From the human T2T-CHM13v2.0 reference genome, Homo sapiens: a stretch of 64,000 bases of DNA. The translations under genes were made by a program, and so were the position numbers. Shown in pieces: positions 33,720-52,822 of the stretch; the stretch's first letter is position 1; every line of letters begins with the position of its first letter. Under the pieces are notes generated by a model that was given only the letters and a program-made list of their open reading frames with translations, was not told the DNA's origin and ran no database searches. The DNA lies in assembly GCF_009914755.1 (NCBI RefSeq), contig NC_060940.1. The stretch is one strand, 5' to 3'.

Positions 33720-36290
33720 TATTTACAAAATGAAAAGACAAATGAAAGGATGAGATAAGATGACGTTCCACATTAAGGCACTGGAACGATTAGCAAACTA
33801 AACCTAAAGCAAGCAGAAGGAAGAAAATTAAAATTAGAGAAATTAATAATTTATAACAATAATATTTGTTAGTGTTGAATAATTGATATTACTTCTTGAC
33901 TAGCTTTTTTAAAAAAGAGAAATATTCACTTCCCAATTTATTCTGTGGGGCCAGTGTTACTTTGATACAAAAATTAGTCCAAATAGCATAGAAAAATAAA
34001 ACTACTATAAGTATAAATGCAAACTTCCTTAAAAAATACTAACAAATCAGATCTAGCAACATATAAAAGAATTATACACTATGACAAAGTGAAATTTATA
34101 CAAGTAATCCCAGGTTGGTTTAACAGCCCAAAATCCATTAAGGTAATACATCTTATCCATAGAATAAGAAACGAGAATTGCATGATCACGTCGATAGATT
34201 CGGAAAAGACATTTAACAGAATCCAAATGCTTTAATGACTAAAAATAAAAATAAAAACTCAATGAACCAGGAATAGAGAACTTTCTACACCTGATACATG
34301 GCACCTGTGAAAAGCCAACAGCAAGCATGCAACTTAATGGTAAAGGATGCTTTCCCGCTATGGTGAGAGATATATACTTTGATAGGATATATACTTTGAC
34401 CTCTTCTAGTCAACACTGTACTAAAGATTTTATGCAGGGCAAATCGGCAACTAAAAAAATAAGAGTCACCCATACTGAACAGGAAGAAATAAAACTTTAT
34501 TTGAAAATAACATTCTTGTATATAGAAAATTTTAAGGAATCCACCGAACGATAGAACTCGTAAATTATTTCAGCAATATTACAGCAAACAAGGTAAATGT
34601 ACAAAAATCAATTTCACACATCTGCAATGAAAACCCCAAAATGAATTTAAGAAAACACTTCAATTTAAAATAGCATCAAAAAAAGAAATAATAATTAATT
34701 TGGAAAATGTGATACAAGATTTTCCTCTGAAAATTAAAAATTATTGTTTAAAGAATATTTAAATAATTAGCAAACACCTTACACCCATGAATTGGACTAT
34801 TTAATATTGTAGTACTTTACAATTTGAACTACAGATTTGATGAAATCCCTGCAAGTATCCCAACAGACTTCTGTCTAGAAACTGACAAGCTGATTCTAAA
34901 ATACACATGGAATTGTAAGGGACTCAAAATAGCCAAAATAATCTTAAGAAAAGAAAACATGTTAGGATAATTCACACCCCCATGCTCCAAACCTTACTGC
35001 AAAGTATCGGTAATCAAGACAACACAATACTGATGAAGGAAAAATATATAGATTGATGGAAGATAATTGAGAGTCCATATATAAAACTATGTGTCTACAG
35101 TCAATGGATTCTTACAGTGGTACCATGTGCAATTCAATGAGGAAGAGACAGTCTTTGAACAAACTGGGTCAACAAAGTACACATGGATCACCACTTGCAA
35201 AATAATAAATTCGAACCCTTACCCCAAAGCATACAAAAATATTAACTCAAATGAATTAAAGACACACATGCAAGAGGTAGAATAAAGCATATGGGAAAGT
35301 CTTCAGGATTTTGGATCTAGCAAAGAAATAGCTGTAACCCCAAAAACATGAGCAACAAAATAAAAATTAGATATTTAAAATTTCTTAAAAATTAAAGACA
35401 TTGGTGTTTCAAAGGACAAACAAGCAAGTCAAAAGGCAGCTCAAAAATTGTGAGAAGATATTTGAAAAACACGTATCTATATGTCTGTATATATATATGT
35501 ATCTTGAATATAGAAAAATTGTTTTAACTCCGTCACAAATATCCCAACTCAAAACTGATAAATGATAGGAATAGATGTGTTTCCCAAGAAGATACACGAA
35601 CGGTCAATAATCCCATAAAAATATACTCAATAGCATCACTCATCAGGCAACTACAAATCAAAACCACAGTTAGATACTCTATGGGTAGAACTGGCCACCT
35701 TGGAAAATAATTTGATGGCTTCTAAATATATGAAACATAGAATTGTCATATGACCCAGAAATTTATTCCTAGGTATACACCCAGATTATTGGAAAGAGGT
35801 GTTCAAACACAAATTGTACACAAGTATTTTTAGCAGCAGTATTTAAAATAGCCGAAGGCTGAACACAACTCAAATGTCAATAAAAATATTATTGGATAAA
35901 CAAAATGTTATATCCAAGAAATTGAATGTTATACAGTTATAAAAAGAAAGAAAGTACCAATACGTACATGAACCTTGATAGCATTATGCCAGCTGAAAGA
36001 AGCCAGGCAGAAAAGGCCACCTATTGTATGATTCTATTTAGATGAAAACAGACTAGGAAAATCTATAGAGACAGAAAACAGATTTGTGGTTGCTTAGGAT
36101 TGAGTAGGGGATGGGTGCATAGGAGGTTAACAGCTAGGGAAGGTGGGGTTTCTTTTTGAAGTGATGAAAATGCTCTAAAATTCATTGTGATGATGGCTCC
36201 ACTTATCTGTGCATATACTAAAAGCCACTGACTTGTAGACATTAATGTGTGCACTCTACACTATGTAAATTATATCTCAATAAATCCTTT
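33720..36290 (+). mobile_element. Old L1MB-like LINE (degenerate ORF2 and 3'UTR)
   Basis: ORF 34017..34235 resembles ORF2 (KRIIHYD...IPGWFN...SIDSEKTF); 3' end tgtaaattatatctcaataaa. Confidence 0.75.
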
Positions 36291-36621
36291 CAAAAATACA
36301 CAGAAGAGTAAGGGGTTTTGGAATGCTGCAGCTGGGAGGCAGTTTGAAATACTGAATAGGCCTCATCGAGAATGTGAAGTTTCAGTAAAGACTTGAGGAA
36401 GTTGAATGAGCTGATCAATGGATATATGGAGGGCTATCTTTCCAAGCCAAGAAATTAACTAGAGTCTTGACCATAAGGCAGCAGCATGTTGGCATGTCCA
36501 GAGGACAGTGAGGTGGCCAGGACCACTGGTAAGATCAAGGGTGAAGATATAAAAGAATTTTGGCAGTTAACATGTGGCAGATGATGATGGGCTTGCAGAT
36601 CATTGTAAGAAATGTTGTTTT

Positions 36622-36986
<365 letters not shown>

Positions 36987-38569
36987 TTAATAAATTGGAT
37001 CCATGAACCAAATCCAATGAGATTAAATCAATTAATAATAATATGCAAATTTGTATTAAAATTAAAAGAATTACTTGCACATTTGAGAACAGGAGAGACA
37101 TGATTTTTATCAGCAATAATAAACATTATTAATTTTAATTGTGATCAGCTAATTGAGATTAATTGCAATACATCATGCTTTATAATGTGACTGCCAAAAG
37201 GAAAATATGATTGTAATCTTATACTACATCTATCAATGTCTTTTATACATAAGAGTATAGAGTAAGCCCGTAGTTTTCAAAGCCAACCTATGAAGCAGTG
37301 ACATCTTATGCAAGTTTGCTGCTTTCTGCCACAGTGATCCTTGGTCAGCGGGCACAAATTGTTTTACAAACGCCCCCTAGGTCTAAAAGTAGTTTGGATC
37401 ACAATGAACACAGAAACACCTTCATCCCTTCAGAAATACCTATCAATTACTTCCAATACAGAATGAAAAATTGACAAAGGAAATATGTGGATTGTAAAAA
37501 TGCCAGTTAGCTTGCAACTACATGAAAGAAAAATGCCATTTTTATTACATTAGGTCATTGTTTCACATGAGTTTTGGTATAGCAAAATGTTGAACCAAGG
37601 GAAAAGAGACATGAATTAATGAAGTCTTAAGATATCAAGAATTTGAAAGAAAAGGCAGGTCATCTTTGAAGGTTAGTGACATAGCATTCATCTTCTGTTG
37701 TCACCTTTCCTGTCATTCCCTGTATGCCTGATGGACAGGTTTCACTCAAGTTCAGAGAACAGCATGCAAAATTAGCTATCAATTAATCTTTAGGAAGTGA
37801 GCTGCATTTCTAGCCAGACTGAGCTTACGTTTTAGCAGGAAGCATTTTTGGGAAATGTTTATGTTAGAGTTGGCCCTTCTTGACAAGGTGAGACATAAAT
37901 GTCTACTTTATAGACATGAATTAAGATGGGAAGATATTTGGGGGAATCATTTACTCAAACGCTAAATAATAAAGGTACACAAAGGGCAAATTATACTAGA
38001 TTTCTTTCCCACTTGTTTTCTATGTCTCATGCAATTCACCTTGATTCCCTTCAGTTTCTGTTTAATGTAGAAAGTGGCATTTTCATTATTTTAAGCTTCT
38101 AGCACAATGAAAGAATTTCTCTTTTTCATGAACAGGATCATACATGAAAAGGAGGAAGAGTGTCCTATATCATATTTATTGTTCAACAAAACACTGCTCC
38201 ACGGCTTAAATTCAGTTTAAGAAAGAGAATTTGTTGAACATCTAACACATACATAAAAGGCAGTAAAGACACATGAGAAGAGGGCAGGATATTGAAGTAT
38301 ACAGACTTCAATGCTGAGTTTTATATCTTAGGGAGTTACTCCACCTTACAGAGGCTCAATTTCCCCTGATTTAGGAAGGCGATGCTAATGGGTATTGCAT
38401 AGGTGTAAGTATAAAAATGTTGTATTGAAGAGAATCCCACAAGCTTGGTATAAGGCCGAAAATAAATTGATGTGACATGAATAAGTAGTTTATTACATTT
38501 GTATGCTACCTGCAGACTAGAGGAAGCAAGAAACACAGCCACTATGCTTGATTAGCATTATAGGGATGG

Positions 38570-38790
38570 TACAATGATTGTTGCCAGAAGCTGGAGGGAG
38601 GAAGAAATGGGGAAGTATTGTTTAATGGGTATAGAGTTTCAGTTTTACAAGATGAAACGAATTATGGAGATGGATGGTAGGGACGGCTGCACAATGTTAT
38701 GACTATATTTAGTACCACTGAACTGTACACTTAAAATGGTTAACCGAGTACATTTTATGTTATGTGTATTTTACCACAATAAAAAAATAA
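38570..38790 (+). mobile_element. L1M 3'UTR end
   Basis: gtttaatgggtatagagtttcagt...gaactgtacacttaaaatggtt...accacaataaaaaa. Confidence 0.75.
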
Positions 38791-39639
38791 AATACCTTAG
38801 GAACATTTTCATGAAAAAGCCCACATAAAATTCATTTTAATGCACGTGTTTATGCATAGCTTTCTATTTTTCTCTTTTCCCTTTACATTCCTAATTCTAA
38901 TCAGAGAAGGGAATCCCCTCTGTACCTCCAGGATATTCAGTAAAGACCACTGGAGGTTCATGCCCTAGTGACAGTGCTCATTTAGCTCCAAATTACAGAT
39001 GGCTCTAGACTAACTCAACAAAGCTTAAAGAGAAGATTTAAAACAACAACAGACAAATACTCATCCTGAAGTTACTGAACTGCCTGCCACAACATTGTTC
39101 AAAGGTAGCCAATCAAATCTAGATATTCAATAGCATAACATCAAAATACCCAAAAAAAACTCTGAAATGCAAAGAAGCCGTAAGATATATATAATTAAGA
39201 TATATATTAACAGGATAAAAATAAGTCATTTATAAATGACAAAAAAGAAGGAAATTTCAAGGTTCTTAAAGTAAATATATTTTATAAATACATATAGATA
39301 AATACATATATATGTCAAGGTACTTAAATGAAAATTAAACATAGGAGAAAAATAGAAGTTATAAAATGAAAAAGTGACATATATAGATGAAAAATAAATA
39401 TTTGAAATAAAAATTCCATGACATAGAATAAGTAATGGATTTTACCCTAACATCAGAAAATTTATAGAACAAATTAGAAGCATTACAAACTAAAGGACAA
39501 ATGGTAAACTAAAATAAGAAAACCAGAAACTCACTGATACGTCAGACAATATGCATCAGTGTAACATACATGTAATCAACATCTCAAAAAGGATGGGTGG
39601 GGTAATTATAGGTGAATAAAGAATGGTACACTCATTCCT

Positions 39640-39805
39640 GAGGGCACCGAGGAGGGAGGATAGCTTTAGATTTCTAAGGGAGGGTATTATCCATTCATGA
39701 AGGTCCAACCCCATGACCAAACACCTCCCAGTGAGCCCCACCTGCAACATTGGGGATCAAATTTTAACATGAGTTTGGAAGGGGCAAGCATTCAAACCAT
39801 AGCAA
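39640..39805 (-). mobile_element. MST MaLR LTR fragment
   Basis: cccatgaccaaacacctccca...ttggggatcaaattttaacatgag...caaaccatagca. Confidence 0.65.
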
Positions 39806-41184
39806 GAGTTAAATTTCCTTTTTAAGAAAATCACTGATATGATTCCACTTCGCCATAGATAAAAACTAGTATTTCAGCCTACCGTTGAGTGTGCTTATAG
39901 CTCACCAAAAGGGCACTCTGTCTCGGGAATACAGATTTGCCTACAGGTATCCTATTGCAGTCAAAGAAAGAGCAATGAGGGATAGAAAAGGTTAGTGATG
40001 GAGACACCAGCGCTGCATTTTGCAACAAACAATGTAAAAACTTTACGGATTGGTTCTGCTAACTTACTACAGTTTACATGCCTCTCAGGTGGGAGAATTG
40101 TTGCGTTTTTTCTTAAGATAGAAAAGCAATTCAGATAATCTGAAATCTCCACAAGAAGGATAAGAAGCACAGCAGAAACTATTCTAGGCAGGAAGTCAAT
40201 CCTTTCAACTGTCTGTGCTCCATAGAAACAATTGTCTGCACTGGGAGTCATATGAGGTACAGACAACAGCCAGACTTCTGATCCTCTCATTAGTGATTTC
40301 AGAAGAAATTACCAGTCAACTGAGTAACTCACTGAGTATAGTAAACATTTGGCACTGAAAGAGGTTAGACGGATAACTATTTGTATCACCATATTCATGA
40401 AGCTGGAATATTTTCCATTACTGGTATCACATCCGAATGGAAGATGTTAAAAGGTCTCTCATCATGTAAGATAGATATGAAAGAACATTTTCTGAGAAAT
40501 GAAATTATTAACACACCTGTGAGGTGCATGGAAGAGAAAAAAAGAATAATCACCTTGAGTTCTTCTCCTTGATAAGAGAACTCACTAAAAACATAAAGAG
40601 AAAAATACAAGTTTAAAATAATTAACCAGAAGAAGACGACTCTAGAGATTTTAAATTGCTGATAAGATTTTAATTTGCTCCAAGTTGAAAATAATTATAT
40701 TGCTTGTGTTTTAAGGCACATAATGAGCAATTATATCACACATGATAGTTTCAGCAGTAAAATATGATCCGTTAACAGCTGGAACTCATAAAAGCATAGC
40801 ACAATGTGAAGATGGAATTTGCTAAAAGAAACCATCTGCTGAAAACTGCTATCCTGCAAATTTAAAAATAAAGTTTAAATGTTATTTGTCTTATTTAATA
40901 GGTCTGTGAAAAAAAATGCGCTATTTGAAAAGTAGCTGCTACCTTAATTAATTCTTTATATTAGACGGCTGGTTACAGTAATGCACAGTAAGGTGCTACA
41001 TAGATATATTGCTAAATTTTCTGCATATACTATGTATTTGGCTTAAATTATTTGAAATTTTATAGTTAAAATAACAAATGTATATTTAAATGTTGTGACA
41101 CAAATTGCAAATATACCTTTAAAAAGCGTCTTACACTCTAAATATTATTTGTCACCTATATATTTGTCTTTCCTCTATAGGAAA

Positions 41185-41788
41185 GTTTAAATTCTTCCCT
41201 TGAAGCTTTAATTATTGGAGTCTATAAAACAAACTGATAATGTACAAATTAACAGGAAAAAAAGGTTTACAGATATGTGCACAAGTATGCACTTGGAGTT
41301 TACATAATATATATAAATATATCTATACAAATATTTGTATATTATAAAGAGATATACAAATATATACTCTTTATATAAAAACTCCAGGAAAGGCAAGGTA
41401 GTCAACACGCCTATGCTGTCTTGAGGTTACAGAAAACACAGAGCTGTAGGTTGGTAAATCAGGCTTTGCGGAAGACAGGTGACGACAAGGAAGAAAGAGG
41501 AGCCTGGCAGCAGAGGTGGTCTTGTTACATGGATGAAACCTCACAGGGAGCAGCCCTCCTCTTGGGAAGTATAGATAGGAAATGGTTTTTAGAAATGTAA
41601 ACGTGCCAGGCTCAGTTAATCATTCCAAAACCCAGACAAGGGAGTATCTCAGGGAAAGCCTGTATATATCAATGCAGATTTTCTCTACAAATGCAAATCT
41701 CCCCAACAAACACAGCTTTTCAGCTATTCTTGTAGAAGAAGCTATCTCCAGTCTTCCAAGTAGCCATCTTGAAATATGTCAAAAAGCT
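41185..41788 (-). mobile_element. MER34/MER39-like ERV1 LTR
   Basis: gcagattttctctacaaatgcaaatctcccc...agccatcttgaaatatgtcaaa; related copy at 44060-44575. Confidence 0.5.
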
Positions 41789-42069
<281 letters not shown>

Positions 42070-43094
42070 TAATGTATTTTAGGGTAATATTTTGAGTATC
42101 TTTACCTCCATATGTACAATAAAAATTATTGCGATTTTTAATCTTTTCTGTGGAGAAAACACAGTTGTGATTTCTAGTGTAGCTGAACATCGTTTATTTG
42201 ACAATATTGCACTTCTGTGTGGGTGTGTGCATGTGTAGCTACTTTTTAATTTGGTTCTCACAAAATGATTAGATACTAACAATTAATTCAGTAAAATGTA
42301 TGTTTTGCAACATTTCTCCATGTTATTATGCTTTAAATTAGTTTAATCATGCCCCTATAATGTGTACATTTTAACCTTTGACTACAGGTCTCAATCCTAC
42401 TTTGGTTCCTGTATTTGAATTTATGCTAATAAAGTCCTACAGCTAAAAAAAGATTACATAAACTTTTTAATATAATTTTTACTAGTATTCTGGTGTCATT
42501 TTAAATTACGTAATGAAATCACATTTTAATTTGGATTATTGTTATCTGAGTTAAAGATCTAAATTTTTAATTTTCTTATAAATATTACATAATTATTTCT
42601 GAACCATATATTGACTAATCTGCCCTTTATAGGATGTGCATTATAAGAGCTTGGGATTGTTTCATTTGCAAAGATGAATGCTTGAGAAGTAGATATTTAA
42701 TCATAACATTTCAAAATCTACTGGATAACCTAGAATTGAAAAATAGCCTATAGGTTGAAAAACTCCTGTAGTGAAGAAAGAAAATAACTAATATACAGTG
42801 ACAATATAAATATTATAAGTATTTATTTTATTATCACCATGAAATTTGATAATACAAACATGTAATATCTACATATCATCCATATATCAGGTCATAAAAA
42901 ATCAATACATTCTTCAAAAATTTAGAATAACAGAAAATGCACTCTCTCTCCTTGATGGAATTAAGTTACAAATAAAAGTAAAAATAAGTAGATAAGTAGA
43001 TGGAAGTAGATGTTTAAAAACAAAGAAAAATATTTGTTTTGGATAACATAAAATCTCAATTGACAATTCCAATATTTCCAGAACTTTGCCTGTC

Positions 43095-43277
43095 AACTGG
43101 TAGAGAGTTTTCCCCAGGAGACATTTGTCAATGTCTAGGGTTATTGTGGGGATGTCAAGACTGGTGGAGGTGTGAAATTTAGAGGTCAAACGAAACACCT
43201 AACATTGCTAGGGCAGCCTCCCACAACAAAGAATCCTCTGGTCCTAAAGGTAAGTAGCACCAAGATTGAGAAACCAT
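43095..43277 (+). mobile_element. MER20-like hAT element
   Basis: ggagacatttgtcaatgtct...cccacaacaaagaat...ccaagattgagaaacc. Confidence 0.65.
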
Positions 43278-44059
43278 AATCTAGACAGGAAACACTACGT
43301 AGCTATTCCAAGTGCTCAGGAAAACACATCAGTGCCCTCGAGGGGAAAAGTGTAAACATTTTAATTGCTGTACATGGTGACACAAATCCATGTTGTTAAT
43401 CTAAGTGGAAGGGGCTGAAGCACAAAACATAATTCAAAGAGTTTACTTGAGCCACAATGAGGACAGCTGCCTGGAAGAAACAGACCCAAGTATCCTTGGA
43501 TATGAACTCCCTTTGGAGCTTTGCAACAAGCAGTTTCTTAAAGGCAAAAAAGGGTCCAGAAGTGGGATGATGCAAAGAGGTTTGTCACAAATTCTCATTG
43601 GCTTATGGAAATAACATTTATTAGTGACTGGCTATACACTGTTACACTATTTTGGGGTGTGGATTATAGTGTCTGGTGTGGCGTTATTGGTTAATTTATA
43701 GCTACTGTGGCAACAGCAAGCAGCCTAGATGAACACACAGCTCAAAGAGGAGCAGGACAGAACTGCTGTCTCATTTGAATAACTCTCTGGGCCTGATTAT
43801 ATAAAAGGACTTGCATTTCTCACATGAAAGTTATTTTCTTTTCTCAATGTCCATAAATGAGAATAAATAGACGTAAGATACATCTTTTCGAGGATGAGGT
43901 AAATGGAATGAAAAACAAAACCCAAGCTGACCAGAAATCATTGAGGGAAGAAAAGGATATAAATACATGGATTTTTTCAATGTGATTTTAAGCTATTAGG
44001 AATCAGTTAAATGTTGGGGGAATTTGTCTGAGAATGGGCTAAAGAGAATGTCGCTTTTG

Positions 44060-44575
44060 CCTTCTGAAGTTTCCCTGAAAATCACGAATAGGAGGCAGAT
44101 AAATAGTAGAAAAGGCATACAGGTTTCTGCAATGTGTGTACACTGGAACCCTTAGAACGAAGACCCAGTCACACGATGCGAGCAGAAGCTTATCTACCAC
44201 ATGAAGTTTACAGAAAAATGGGGTCTTGGATCACAGGGAAAAGAAAGAAAAAGGTTATGTGAGAAAACGACCCTGGCTAGCAACAGTGGACTTATTACAT
44301 TGGTGGAACCTCACTGGGAGTAGTCCTCAGAGAGAATAGACAGAAAATGTTTCTTTCAGACCTTTAGAGACCTCAGCCTCTCAGTTAACCTTTCCTAGAT
44401 CCAGACAAGGGGGCAGACCTCAGAGAAAACCTGGCTGCATCATGGCAGATTCTCTACCGATGCAAATCTCCCCAAGACAGCTTTGCAGCTAACATTGCAT
44501 TTGCAGCCCTTCTCAATAGCCATTTTGAAATATATCAAGGAAATATATTTAGGGGTAAAATATATTAGTTTCCTT
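44060..44575 (-). mobile_element. MER34/MER39-like ERV1 LTR
   Basis: gcagattctctaccgatgcaaatctcccc...ttttgaaatatatcaagg...ggggtaaaatat. Confidence 0.5.
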
Positions 44576-46900
44576 CATACAGCTGTAAAACATACAGGAA
44601 TAATTTTTGTCAATGTCTACTACAAATCCAATATAGCAGTAACTATGAAACCCACCAGATACTGATGAAAAAATATGTAGAGTACCTCAATTACAAATGT
44701 TGATACTAAAATGCCAAATAAAATACAAATAATATCCAACAATATTTGAAACAGTAAGACAAGAAATTGGCAAAAAAAAAAAAACCAAATATCCACATTT
44801 GGGATGAAAGTGTGTTTCCAAATTTGGTAATCCAGTAATATTAATAATCATATTGATTAGCCCAAACTAAAAATAAATAGGCGATTCTCAGTACATGGTA
44901 AAATATATTTGTTAAAAGGCAATATTCATGTCTTTAAAGATTTTAAATGCTACAAAGAGTCTGATATTCTATATGCAAACGTGTATGTCCATTAGAAGAA
45001 GAGAGGCCTGATTTTCATATGTTACTACATAGAGATAGAGAAGTGGATAGATTAATTTGCATATGCATAGAGAAAGCATAAAATAGAATTTACTATCATA
45101 TTAAAGGAATTTTAATTCAACAATAAAATAATTCAAAGGTAAAATTTTAAATATTTTTAACAGGTACATTATTAGTATTAGATAATATTTATAATAATTG
45201 TGAAAATATTCAGCGCTAAAATAAGATACAATGTCTAAACATCAGTATTAAAACTAGTATAAATATTTGCTTGTTTATACAAGGAAAATTCAAGCTCAAC
45301 CTCAAATTATAAGGGAAATAAAAGAAAAATATTAAGGGAGCTCTTTAATGACATAAACATATATATATAAACACACACATATTACATGTATATATGTTAT
45401 ATGGGATAGATATAGATTTAACAGGTTATATCTATATTTGTATCTGTAACTACAGCTGTATGTATCCACATTTCTATATATTTACTCAGTGATATAAATG
45501 TAGACTGGAATAAATATAAAGACACATATGATTCTTGAATAAAAAGGATTTAGTATCATAAAGACAAATTCTTTCCAAATTCACTTATGAATTCACAACA
45601 ATATACAGTTTCATTAGTATAATTTAATATTTCTAAATAAATTCCAAGATTCATTTAAAGGAATATACATGTATACAAGCAGTCGAGAAAGAAGCAAGAG
45701 GGCACTAAACTAACTTGCTATTAAAATACATTTTTAAACTTAGTCACTAAAACTGAGCAGTACTGATTTGGAGTACTGGAATTTAGGTGTATGGGATCTC
45801 AAAAGCACAGAGCTCAAAGGAGGCCCCTGTATGCACGAGAGCTTAGGATGTGCTTTAGAAGGCATTACCAAACCTCGGGCAAAGTTACTTTAGTGTCTTA
45901 GTCTTACTAGGTTTGAAAAGCCAGAGAAAAGACTCAAGACCACCATATAAGAGCAAAACAAAAGGACAGGGAGAGAATGTGAAGATACTGAAACATTTTA
46001 CATAAAGTTGTATAAAACATCCTTTAAAGAAAATATAAACTTTAGGATATACATCAAAATCAGCAGAGCCACTATATAAATAAATAGGCATTGTAAAATA
46101 ACAAGAGAAAATTTAAATGGATTTCTAAAAAATATTGACACCTATGATTTTTAAAATATGTTTAAGAAATCCCGTATTTCACAGGGCAGCCTTTCACAAC
46201 ACAGATATGTTAGGACATAAAGGTCCTTCTGTTTTTAATTTACTAGTGTTTATAGGGTTACAAATGTCTTCTACACTTGTCTTTTGTCTGATGGTGCAAA
46301 AAATTTTCATAAGCATGTATTTCTGAATGCCTGATGGATTGACATATATAATAAGCTGCTAGTATTAAAATATGAGACGGAAAACGCATCCAATCTTCTC
46401 ACTGTTTACGTAAATTCTAGGTTTCTCCTCTTTACCTCAAGCACATATGGATCGAATTCTTACCTTTTAATATTGCCATGGCATTCACATTGAACATAAG
46501 TTGAACTCTCTCATATGGTAGCTGGGTTCGGATTCTCTTGACAATTTCCAGTTCTAACCTTCACAGTTCCTCAGTGTGGTTGGCCCAGATATTGACCCTA
46601 CACAGTTGTCTCCTCGTGGTGACTACCAGCTATGGAATCGTTGGATACAACCTACCTGACTCACCCCACAGACTTCACAGCACACATGGACAGCACCCAC
46701 ATGCCACAGTAACCAGCTCGGTTGCAGCGGGAGTCAAGAAATGTGCCTGCTGGCACTCACCCCACTGACTAGTACCCCGTGGAAAACTTATTTGGGTAAT
46801 GTTCTGGGCCAAATAATGGCTGGAGTCCCACAGACCCCTTTTCTGTCTCCTGCTCCCCACTCATCTTCCCCATTTTGTTCAGCCCTATGAGGTGTGCTAC

Positions 46901-47247
46901 TGTATCAGTCCATTTTCACACTGCCGGTAAAGACATGCCCAAGACTGGGTAATTTCCAGAAGAAAGAGGTTTAATAGACGCACGATTCCACATGGCTGGG
47001 TAGGCCTCACAATCATGCCGCAAGCTGAAAGGCACATCTCACATGGCAGCAGACAAGACAAGAGAGATTGTGCAGGGAAACTCCCCTTTATAAAACCATC
47101 AGATCTTGTGAGACTTATTCACTATCAGAAGAACAGCATGGGAAAGACCTGCCCCCGTGATTCAATTACCTCCCACCTGTTCCCTCCCACAACATGTGGG
47201 AAATCAAGATGAGATTTGGCTGGGGACACAGCTAAACCCTCTTCTCA
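46901..47247 (-). mobile_element. THE1 solo LTR with 5-bp TSD
   Basis: TG...CA ends; ttataaaaccatcagatcttgtgagacttattcactatc; TSD gctac at 46896-46900 and 47248-47252. Confidence 0.88.
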
Positions 47248-47526
47248 GCTACCCTCTTCTCTCTGGATCTGTGAGTAATAAACCTACTTCTGTGATTTCC
47301 CATGTTTGGTTCTGTGGCCTCCATGTGTCTGAGCTGACCTACACTGGAACCTAACTCTCTTCCTGGCCAGGGTCTCTGAGAGTGGCTCTTGTCAGAAATA
47401 CACAGGACACAAGTCAGGCAACAGTCACTAGGCATCTCCTAGTCTCAACAGATGTTCTGTGAGAGGGAGGCCTGGCCGTGGGATGCACACCTGGCCACTG
47501 CTGGGGTAAGGAAGTGTCCTGTGAAA

Positions 47527-51232
<3,706 letters not shown>

Positions 51233-51559
51233 TTTTTTTAAAACTTGAGTTGTTCAATAAAAAGTAAACTTCATAAATTCACATTTTAAAATAATTAGAA
51301 CTACCTCATAGACGCACGGTACCTTCTAGGTTGCTAAAGCCCTCTTCATGTCTCTGAGGCTGAAAAACACAGGAACCACTGCTTTAGGTGCCCTGTGAGA
51401 CAGGCCCTGCTCACCACAGAAGCGCAAGCTCACACAGCTTCCTAGAAGGCAAACTTGAAGTACCAGAATCAAGTTCTTTCAAGTGCTAATGTTGGTGCTG
51501 GGTCCTAGTGTAAAGCCAATTTCCCTTATCATACAGTAACTGAGCACAAGTTCACCTAC

Positions 51560-51790
51560 TGGTTTCAGCTGATTCAATGGGCAAATGTGACACGTCCGCA
51601 TGTCAGAGAACTGCACGGTGATTTTGCCCTTCGGGGTGATGCCAGTCACGGTGCCTTCTCCAAACTCATCGTGCACAATTTGGCCGCCCAGGCACAGGCG
51701 ACCATCGATGCCTCCAATCACAGCCAGGACCGCCATGAGGCCCCCCACTTCAGGGTTCTCGGAGTTGGGGAAGTAGTCCTCTAACTGGGC
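51560..51790 (-). pseudogene. HERC2: HERC2-like exon (~42), 231 bp
   Basis: AG/GT flanks; AQLEDYFPNSENPEVGGLMAVLAVIGGIDGRL...CPLNQLKP. Confidence 0.92.
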
Positions 51791-51894
51791 CTAGTGCAGA
51801 CCAAACAGTGAGCTCGACCAGGGACACTCACGGAGCTGCCCAATCCCTACAAGTTTACTGTTCAACTAAATTAATTCTGAGAACACAAACTCAC

Positions 51895-52091
51895 CCCTTC
51901 AGAAGGCCTTCCCGCAAAGCTGTGGGTGATGGAGCGGAGCTGGGAGTTGATGTACTTGTTGATGAGCCCATTCCACTGAGTCAGGGAGTGCAGCGTGCAC
52001 AGCAGTGCCACCACCACCTCCACCAGTGTGCTGCTATGGGTGGCAGTCAGCAAGGCCTGCGGGCACACCCTGCGCCACCTCGGCATGGACT
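51895..52091 (-). pseudogene. HERC2: HERC2-like exon (~41), 197 bp
   Basis: AG/GT flanks; ...TATHSSTL...LHSLTQWNGLINKYINSQLRSITHSFAGRPSEG. Confidence 0.92.
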
Positions 52092-52123
52092 CTGAGGAGG
52101 AAACAAGGGGAGAAGCTGCTGCA

Positions 52124-52305
52124 CTGCTCTTCACCAGGACACAGGGAAGGGAGACGGCCACCGACCTCTGAGTGATGGCACTGTGCCACAATTCACCAGG
52201 GCACAGGGAAGGGAGACAGCCACCCACCTCTGAGTGATGGCACTGTGCCGCTCTTCACCAGGGCATGGGGAAGGGAGACGGCCACCCACCTCTGAGTAAT
52301 GGCAC
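52124..52305. repeat. 62-bp VNTR, ~3 copies, spanning the exon end and donor
   Basis: tcaccagg at 52131, 52193 and 52255. Confidence 0.93.
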
Positions 52306-52437
52306 GTCAGAGGAGCAGGTAGTGAGCAAGCTCCCCAAGAAGTCAAACAGCTTCTCCACCAGGCATTTCATGTCCCTCGCCCTTTTGGTCTTGTCCCATG
52401 ACCGAAGGACTGCTTGCAACAAATGCACAGCTAAGAT
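52290..52437 (-). pseudogene. HERC2: HERC2-like exon (~40), 148 bp
   Basis: AG/GT flanks; [49 protein letters not shown]. Confidence 0.92.
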
Positions 52438-52502
52438 CTGATAAAAGAAAACTTAAAATGACAAGCATTAAAAATCTGATTAAGAAACTACAGATTGTTA
52501 CT

Positions 52503-52822
52503 TTCTCTTTTCTTTCTTTTTTTTTTTTTTTTTTTTTTGAGACAGAGTCTCGCACTGTCACCCGGGCTGGAGTGCAGTGGCACGGTCTCGGCTCACTACA
52601 ACCTCCACCTCCCAGGTTCAAGCGATTCTCCTTGCCTTAGCTTCCTGAGTAGCTGGGATTACAGGCACCCACCACCAAGCCCGGCTCATTTTTCTTGGAT
52701 TTTTAGTAGAGACAGGATTTCACTATGTTGGCCAGGCTGGTCTCAAACTCCTGACCTCATGATCCACCTGCCTCGGCCTCCCAAAGTGCTGGGATTACAG
52801 GCATGAGCCACTGTGCCCAGCC
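52503..52822 (-). mobile_element. AluS
   Basis: Poly-T followed by antisense Alu dimer. Confidence 0.92.
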
